Of a stretch of DNA of 64,000 bases, positions 58,053 through 64,000 are shown one piece after another. Below the pieces are notes generated by a model that was not told the DNA's origin, ran no database searches, and saw only the letters and a list, made by a program, of their open reading frames with translations. The stretch is from contig JAJRXM010000015.1 in assembly GCA_024276275.1 (NCBI GenBank), positions 18,868 to 82,867 of the forward strand, given 5' to 3'. A program made the translations under genes and the position numbers. Source of the DNA: Candidatus Zixiibacteriota bacterium (GTDB lineage: Bacteria > Zixibacteria > MSB-5A5 > GN15 > FEB-12). Position 1 is the stretch's first letter, and each line of letters starts with the position of its first letter.

Positions 58053-58078
58053 GGCAGAAAAAATAAATTGTAAAAAGC

Positions 58079-58110
58079 ATATTGTGTGATCTTAAAAGGT
58101 CACACAATAT
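58079..58110 (+). terminator. Long hairpin between the two cytochrome paralogues
   Basis: The stem atattgtgtga(t)c / g(g)tcacacaatat has a 7-nt loop and is extended by outer gggcag (58052-58057) / ctgccc (58111-58116). There is no U-tract, and it abuts the TTGACA of the copy-2 promoter. Confidence 0.4.
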
Positions 58111-58116
58111 CTGCCC

Positions 58117-58145
58117 TTGACACAAATAAGAGATTATGGTATTGT
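58117..58145 (+). promoter_or_regulatory. Sigma70-type promoter candidate for cytochrome copy 2 (TTGACA-17-TATTGT)
   Basis: TTGACA at 58117-58122 and TATTGT at 58140-58145. A related cTTGACA...TATTGT arrangement is upstream of copy 1 (56625-56630 / 56644-56649), so the duplication included the promoter. Confidence 0.4.
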
Positions 58146-58206
58146 TAAAACTAAGCAAAACAACATATTAGTTCAGACTTTCAATAGTACTTCTTAAGGC
58201 TGTGAA

Positions 58207-59541
58207 ATGAAAAAGTATATTCTCATGTCAAAAAAAATATCCGTCATTCTCATCGCTTTTTTTTTAATCGGATGCAGCAATGACAAAACAACATTAACAG
58301 ATAATCCCGGAACTGATTCAACAACAGTACCTTTTTTAGCATCAGATTTTTCATCAGCAGAAACTTGTAAAAGTTGCCATCCACAACATTTTGATGAATG
58401 GTCAGGTTCAATGCATGCGTATGCCGTTAAAAACCCTACCTGGCTTAGACTCAGAGAAATTGGACAAAGCCAATATATCAATGCACTAGACGGAGCCTGT
58501 TCGCCATGCCACTCACCTATCGGCTTGCGAAGCGGAGATATTAAATGGGGACCGCTTGATGTTGAAGCACTTGACCCTGTTTCCCGAGAAGGTGTCGGGT
58601 GTGACCTTTGTCACACGATTACCGGTATTACCCGTCTTTCTAACGGAGGAATTGATTTCGCACCTAGCGATACAAAACAGGGAACAATAAAAGACCCTGT
58701 CTCAAACCCGTTTCACACATCAAAATATAATGACTTATATGCAGAATCTGAATATTGCGGTTCCTGCCATAACCTTAAAAACTCAGACGGTGTTGCCATT
58801 GAAAATATTTTTGGTGAATGGCGAGCAGGCGGTTTTGCCGTTACCGGGAAAACATGTTCTGATTGTCACATGGAAACATATACCGGACCTGCCGCTGTTG
58901 ACGGACCGGATAGAACTTTACACCGTCATGATTTTGTCGGTGTTGATTTTGCCCTCACACCCTTTCCAAACAGAGATAAACAAATGGCAAGGGTTATAGA
59001 AAGACTTCAATCTGCTCTATCTATGACTACTTCAGCACAAACTACTGCTACAGCAGGACAAAATTATTCTTTCGATGTACAAATTATAAATGATAAAACC
59101 TGGCATAATGTGCCGGCCGGCACATCTTTTAATCGTCAGATGTGGCTTTCTATTATAGTAAAAGATAGTGCTCAAAACGTCATATTTTCAAGTGGACAAT
59201 TAGATGCCAACGATGATCTTATGGATAGGTATTCTGAATTCCCTGAACGAGATTCTTCTTTATTTAATGCACAAGCAACATTGTTCAAAGCCGACGGTAC
59301 CGAAGCTTCTTTATGGGATGCTGCCACCATTAGTAACCCTTCAATAGTTTCCGGATAAACACGAGTAATAAATTACAACTTTGACATTCCCCCGACTACC
59401 ACAGGAACACTTACGGTGGAAGTTGCACTTCGTTTTAGGTCGTATGCTCCTTATTTATTCAGGAATATAAATCTAGAGGAGTTTCTTCCTTTACCTATTT
59501 TTGATATGAATACAGACACATTTACAGTAACATTACAATAA
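58207..59541 (+). pseudogene. Pentaheme c-type cytochrome lipoprotein, copy 2 (in-frame TAA)
   Basis: Lipobox FFLIGC. Heme motifs are CKSCH, CSPCH, CDLCH, CGSCH and CSDCH. The ORF stops at the TAA at 59356-59358, but the frame continues: ..NPSIVSG*TRVINYNFDIPPTTTGTLTVEVALRFRSYAPYLFRNINLEEFLPLPIFDMNTDTFTVTLQ. This aligns residue-for-residue with the copy 1 C-terminus (..NPSIKPGETRIINYSFDVPNGTTG..), so TAA corresponds to GAA (Glu) of the paralogue. Confidence 0.75.
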
Positions 59542-59553
59542 GGTTTAAACAAA

Positions 59554-60636
59554 ATGAAAAAAGTATATTTGATTTTTACAGTTCTAACACTCGTGGCTTT
59601 TTTATCGTGTGGTGATGACGGTAACCCGGTAGATCCATTTTCCGGTAACCCTGAAGGAAGATTATATGTGTTGAATCAGAACGACAATACGTTATACATT
59701 TATGATACGAAAACAATGGCTCGTATTGATTCAATAAACACTGTTGTCGATAAACCGCATTACATAGAATTCTCCCCCGATAAACTACATTATTATATTA
59801 CTACGTTTGGAGCAAACGGTACAATTGCCAAATACGATGCAGTTACAAATACATTAACAAACTCTGTGTCACTTGTTTCTTTTCAGCCTACCGCAATAGC
59901 TATTACAGATGACAGCCGATATGGCTATGTATGTAATTTTGCATCTGAATCACTAAATTCACCGACAAAAATATATAAATTTGATTTATCTACAATGACC
60001 TTAGTAGATTCGATGCAGGCAGGAGCTGTGACACATGATGTTAAAATAACATCAGACGGTTCTGTTGTTATTGCCGTAAATAGATATTCTGATAACGTGA
60101 CACTTGTCTATCCTGATGCTGATACTGTTACATTTGTTTCTGTTGACCCTGATGTTGACTACCCACTTGGGTCTAACAATTACGGTCCTTTTGGAGTCAT
60201 TATAGACAACAACGACTCACTCGCATACATTGCCTGTGCCGATGCGAATCAAATACGGGTGTTAGATATTAAAAACAGAATCATTATTGATTCTGTTGAT
60301 ATACCGAATAACGGTTTAGGATTTATTTCAGGTCCGACTCTTCTCGCAGTTTCACCTGATAACTCCCATGTTTTTGTTACTACAAGGTTGAATAACACTA
60401 TTACAGTTATTAAAACCAACCCATTAGAACTTGTAACAGAAATCGCTCATGAAACTCCTGCATCATTTGGTATTGATATTTCTGATGACGGAAGCCGTAT
60501 CTATGCTGCTTGTATTAACACTCCAAGCACACGAGGACGTATATATGTTATTGACGGAAAAACATTTGAAAAAATTGATTCGTTAGATGTCGGCAGGGAA
60601 TCTTTCGGACTCAGATGGCAGCCGAAAAAACCATAA
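59554..60636 (+). CDS. YVTN/YncE-like beta-propeller lipoprotein
   Basis: 360 aa with a lipobox AFLSCG. It has repeated blades with ..LYVLNQNDNTLYIYD.., ..GYVCNFASE.., ..AYIACADANQIRVLD.., ..VFVTTRLNNTITVI.. and ..IYAACINT...GRIYVIDGKT. Confidence 0.75.
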   Translation: MKKVYLIFTVLTLVAFLSCGDDGNPVDPFSGNPEGRLYVLNQNDNTLYIYDTKTMARIDSINTVVDKPHYIEFSPDKLHYYITTFGANGTIAKYDAVTNTLTNSVSLVSFQPTAIAITDDSRYGYVCNFASESLNSPTKIYKFDLSTMTLVDSMQAGAVTHDVKITSDGSVVIAVNRYSDNVTLVYPDADTVTFVSVDPDVDYPLGSNNYGPFGVIIDNNDSLAYIACADANQIRVLDIKNRIIIDSVDIPNNGLGFISGPTLLAVSPDNSHVFVTTRLNNTITVIKTNPLELVTEIAHETPASFGIDISDDGSRIYAACINTPSTRGRIYVIDGKTFEKIDSLDVGRESFGLRWQPKKP

Positions 60637-60664
60637 CAACAAAATTAGTTATTATACTAATTCC

Positions 60665-61180
60665 ATGGCTATTTTAATTGAAATAATTGAAGGTAATATT
60701 ACCGCTGTCGATACCGAAGCAATCGTCAATGCTGCAAATAATGAATTTTGGATGGGGTCAGGTGTGGCGGGGGCTATCAAAGCTGCCGGCGGTGACTATA
60801 TAGAAAAAGAGGCTGTCGCTAAAGGACCGGTTATGCCGGGTGAGGCAGTATTTTCAACAGCAGGTTCTCTGCCGTATAAAGTAATAATCCATGCTGCCGT
60901 TATGGGTCAGGATTTAAAAACAAATGCACGTCTGATTAGTAAATCAACAATAGCATCATTAAATATTGCTGAAGAACTCAAAATAAAGTCTATAGCCTTT
61001 CCAGCATTTGGAACTGGAGTGGGAGGTTTCCCGATGCAGGCGTGTGCTTTTAATATGATAAATGCGGTGCATGAATACGGCAAACATGCCAAGTATATAG
61101 AAAAAGTTTTATTCTGTCTGTTTGATTCTTTCGAGAGAGCTTTGTTTCAAAACTATTTAGACGAACTTGAGAATAGGTAA
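60665..61180 (+). CDS. Macro-domain protein (ADP-ribose binding/hydrolase family)
   Basis: MAILIEIIEGNITAVDTEAIVNAANNEFWMGSGVAGAIKAAGG...IAFPAFGTGVGGFP are canonical macro-domain motifs. I prefer the start at 60665 over the track start at 60587, which overlaps the preceding gene. Confidence 0.85.
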   Translation: MAILIEIIEGNITAVDTEAIVNAANNEFWMGSGVAGAIKAAGGDYIEKEAVAKGPVMPGEAVFSTAGSLPYKVIIHAAVMGQDLKTNARLISKSTIASLNIAEELKIKSIAFPAFGTGVGGFPMQACAFNMINAVHEYGKHAKYIEKVLFCLFDSFERALFQNYLDELENR

Positions 61181-61327
61181 GTAATGTAGGACAGATACCC
61201 TATGTTCCTGCCTTCTTAAATATTGCGGGATCACAGGGATCCCGCCCTAAACAGCTAAACATTTTAGAACCGGAAAATTGTTTTCAAGAATATTATTCTG
61301 GGTAAAGTAAAATCAAGAGGAAATAAC

Positions 61328-61774
61328 ATGAAATGTGTAAACTGTAATGGAAAAAAATTAATAAAAGTTTCAGTTGAAGGTGTATCATTTTCAATGTTAT
61401 CCGAATTAGAAAAGACTTTTAGTCGTGGAGTATATGGATTCAATTCATATGTATGTGTAGCATGTGGTAGAATTAATAAAACTTGGAAACTAACTGAATC
61501 AGCATTATTGAACTTAAATATATTATCTAAAAAAAATAATGTTGAAAATAAAAAATATGTGAAAGGAACTATAGTGAATTGTTCTAACTGTGGATGTGAT
61601 GAGTTTGTAGAAGGTACCTTAGAGGGTGTGTACTTTAAGCCTTCAAAAGAAAATAAAAAAGGTTTTTTAGCCAAACCACTCCATCATCCACACACGATAA
61701 TTTGTCTTAAATGTGGTATTATTGCAGAAATTATTTTAAATGTTGCTGAGTTAAAAAAAGCAATAAAAGAATAA
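61328..61774 (+). CDS. Hypothetical double zinc-ribbon protein (orphan, extremely AT-rich)
   Basis: 148 aa with two similar modules, each with a CxxC...CxxC pair (CVNC..CVAC; CSNC..CLKC) and a shared EG(V/T)..(F/Y) segment. The RBS agagga lies 7 nt upstream, and a terminator follows. Confidence 0.5.
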   Translation: MKCVNCNGKKLIKVSVEGVSFSMLSELEKTFSRGVYGFNSYVCVACGRINKTWKLTESALLNLNILSKKNNVENKKYVKGTIVNCSNCGCDEFVEGTLEGVYFKPSKENKKGFLAKPLHHPHTIICLKCGIIAEIILNVAELKKAIKE

Positions 61775-61799
61775 TAAAAATGCCTAGTTGCTTTTGAAA

Positions 61800-61825
61800 G
61801 TGGGATATTAATATCCCGCTTTTTT
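61800..61825 (+). terminator. Rho-independent terminator after the zinc-ribbon gene
   Basis: The stem gtgggata-ttaa-tatcccgc (one G-U pair) is followed by T6 (61820-61825). Confidence 0.65.
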
Positions 61826-61991
61826 CTACTTTCATTAAATTGCCCCAAGTTACTCTAGCTTCAAGACGAGTGGCACACCCCTTGGGGTGTGTTTACATTC
61901 ATCTTTTACTTTGACAATAGTATTAATGATTTGTTAGTTAAATTGTATATGAAACATAAAGAAATTAAGTTCAGAAAGTAGGGCAGCATCC

Positions 61992-63119
61992 CTACAAAGG
62001 AATCTCTGAAATACGGTACCTCTTATATACCTTGGCACCCATGTGGTCGGCAGATTTTAACATCATTTCATTTGTTTCGAGTATCCAGGAAAGCTCTGCT
62101 TTTTGATAACCTTTTTTTATACCTACCGTATGGCAATTCCAAAACAACAATGAATCGACACCTCGTTTTTGAAATTCGGGAATAACTCCAAAAGTTACCA
62201 GACGTACATACTCTATTTTATTTCTAACTTTTGTATGCCACAAAAGTTTTAAGATACCGAACGGAAACAACGAACCTTTCAGATATTTCAATCCTGCATT
62301 AAGATCAGGAAGTGCCAAGGCAAAACCAATCGGCTTACCGTTACACTCGGCAAAAAAGACTAAATCGGGATCAACAACCTGTTTCAAGTTTTGTGCGGTA
62401 AACATAAATTCTTCTTCATCCATCGGCACAAAGCCCCAGTTTTTTTCCCAAGCTTTGTTATATACTTACATTGCAATTTTTATTTCTTCATCAAATTTTT
62501 TCATATTCAGAGAACGAATAGTAATATTGTTTCGTTTTTGCAGTTTTTGGGCAACAGCCAAAATTCTCGGAGGCATCGGATCATCTTTTGTTAACCGCAG
62601 TGCAAGCAGATCCATTACTTTTTTTAAACCAAATTTTTCAGCGAGCTTCGGAAGATACGGCTGATTATATGTCATCATTACAACCGGAGGAGAATCAAAC
62701 CCGTCGACTAAAAATCCGCACTCATGATTTGTAGAAAAATTAAGAGGACCACGCATCTTTTCAGCACCCTCTTTTTTCAATGTAATCATTGCAACTTTTA
62801 ACAATGTCGATGCAATTTCAAAATCATCGGGACAGTCAAAAAAACCAAACGACCCTATATTTTCTTCATGATATTCATTATGACTATAATTGATACAGGT
62901 TGCTATACGGCCAACAATTTTGTTACCGTCATACGCCAAAAAAAGTTTTACTTTTGCAAACTTATAAAATGGGTTTTTCTTTGTATCAAAAAACTCTTTA
63001 CGTTCCATAGTAAGTGGAGCGACATAGTTTGGATCATCTTTATATAACTTATTTGGGTATTCAATAAATTTTTGTAATTGAGAGGAAGACTCTACTTCTT
63101 TAACTTCTATTTTTGCCAT
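61992..63119 (-). pseudogene. Large GNAT-like N-acyltransferase family protein, interrupted by an in-frame TAA
   Basis: Fragments 62469..63119 and 61992..62465 are in one frame: ..KKFDEEIKIAM*VYNKAWEKNWGFVPMDEEEF.. (TAA at 62466-62468). The bridging sequence (YNKAWEKNWGFVPM) is the conserved core of this family as I recall it. The C-terminal part has a GNAT-like fold pattern (VTFGVIPEFQKRGVDSLL). Confidence 0.7.
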
Positions 63120-63159
63120 TACAACCTTATAATATCAAACGATAGATAATTTGTCGGCA

Positions 63160-64000
63160 CTATGAAATAAGTCCTTTTGCTCGTCCGACTTTCGCCATCA
63201 TCTCGACAACCTGTTCAAGTTGTTCCTGTGTGTGAGTCGCTGTATAAGAGGTACGAATCATTGCCTGACCGAGAGGCACTGCTGGAGATATAACAGGATT
63301 AGTGAAAACACCGTTATCCAACAGTTCTTTCCAAAAGACAAAAGCTGCCATATCATCACCAACAACTATCGGTACAATCGGAGTTTCGGAATCAGCACAG
63401 TTAAACCCTAAACGAGTAAACTCATCTTTCATCATCTTACCGTTTCGCCGTACATTTTCCAGACGTTCCGGTTCTTCTTTTAATATATCCAAACAAGCTA
63501 TCACAGCAGCAGCATTTGATGCCGGAATCGATGCCGAGAAAATCAACGATCTCGCATGATGTTTAATATAGTCGATTACTTTACTATCACCGGCAACAAA
63601 GCCACCCAATGAAGCAAACGACTTTGAAAAAGTTCCCATCGTAAGTTCGACATCATCTATCATGTTAAAATGTTCAGCAGTTCCGGCTCCGGTTTTACCG
63701 ATAACACCAACACCGTGGGCATCATCAACAAGAACTTTAGCATCATAACGGTTAGCAATTTTGACAAGCTCCGGAAGTTTAATAATATCACCTTCCATCG
63801 AAAAGACACCGTCTACAACAACTAATATCCCACCCTTAACCAGTTTGCGTACTTGTGCTATAACTTTGGCAAAATCTTCCATATCATTATGAGCAAATTT
63901 GTATACTTTCGCATACGATAAACGACAACCGTCGACAATACATGCATGCACCTGTTTATCGATTATGATAGCATCACCTTTGGAGGCTAAAGAAGAAATT
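63160..64000 (-). CDS. Alpha-oxoamine synthase family PLP enzyme (BioF/KBL/serine palmitoyltransferase-like), N-terminus outside the window
   Basis: ..LVDDAHGVGVIGKTGAGT...GTFSKSFASLGGFVAG (PLP-lysine context T-F-S-K). The frame is open to position 64000 (..ISSLASKGDAIIIDKQVHACIVDG..). Confidence 0.85.
   Translation of the reverse strand, partial: ISSLASKGDAIIIDKQVHACIVDGCRLSYAKVYKFAHNDMEDFAKVIAQVRKLVKGGILVVVDGVFSMEGDIIKLPELVKIANRYDAKVLVDDAHGVGVIGKTGAGTAEHFNMIDDVELTMGTFSKSFASLGGFVAGDSKVIDYIKHHARSLIFSASIPASNAAAVIACLDILKEEPERLENVRRNGKMMKDEFTRLGFNCADSETPIVPIVVGDDMAAFVFWKELLDNGVFTNPVISPAVPLGQAMIRTSYTATHTQEQLEQVVEMMAKVGRAKGLIS

Noticed and set aside
61264-61674. Minus-strand ORF 61264..61674 (136 aa)
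   Set aside because: It overlaps the plus-strand zinc-ribbon ORF, which has an RBS, paired CxxC motifs and a terminator. The minus-strand product is low-complexity F/L/N-rich, as expected from AT-rich antisense DNA.
1-64000. Stop-codon reassignment (alternative genetic code) as the explanation for the in-frame stops
   Set aside because: All three stop codons occur in-frame (TAA, TAG and TGA), and each also terminates genes at conserved C-termini here. TAG ends nuoH 3 nt before the nuoI ATG. TGA ends nuoD overlapping the nuoH ATG. TAA and TAG end the cytochrome paralogues at aligned positions. A consistent recoding of any one codon does not fit.

Overview
64-kb chromosomal window from an AT-rich bacterium, roughly 35-42% G+C in housekeeping genes by spot counts. 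Lipoproteins, a TolB-like protein and sigma70-type TTGACA/TATAAT promoters suggest a diderm, uncultivated-type lineage. I saw no rRNA, tRNA, CRISPR array, integrase or transposase.

Core content, mostly on the minus strand:
- a DUF4159/DUF4175-like pair
- an ECF sigma / anti-sigma / secreted-protein operon
- secDF
- a double M16 peptidase
- a Na/Pi cotransporter with PhoU
- small metabolic and regulatory genes (DUF1330, GrpB, CBS, EIIA-Ntr-like, DUF502)
- a contiguous 11-gene nuoABCDHIJKLMN cluster without nuoEFG, immediately downstream of a Rieske / cytochrome b / nonaheme cytochrome c operon
- RidA, HD-GYP, a TolB-like lipoprotein, a FtsX/MacB-type ABC pair, a PASTA protein and rsmB
- a fused radical-SAM/DUF2344 gene, comM/yifB, phzF, a macro-domain protein, a large GNAT-like protein and an alpha-oxoamine synthase (partial at the window edge)

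Accessory or unusual content:
1. A compositionally foreign four-gene cassette at 5067-7953 (2-TM peptide, MBL/beta-CASP nuclease, PD-(D/E)xK-like protein, small orphan). This is my best candidate for an undescribed defence or mobile-element module.
2. Two very large secreted proteins plus one gene remnant that share a C-terminal CC-x3-RGN-[IV]D dockerin-like module.
3. A 717-codon protein built from about 12 GNDxY repeats.
4. Tandemly duplicated pentaheme cytochrome lipoprotein genes next to a YVTN beta-propeller lipoprotein.
5. Several very AT-rich orphan islets bounded by GC-rich hairpin repeats.

The most pervasive signal is that at least 11 in-frame stop codons (TAA x7, TAG x3, TGA x1) and 4 frameshifts interrupt otherwise well-conserved reading frames, including nuoA, nuoD, nuoH and nuoL. 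The frame continues cleanly past each one. From sequence alone I cannot distinguish assembly error, very recent pseudogenisation and recoding or slippage rescue.
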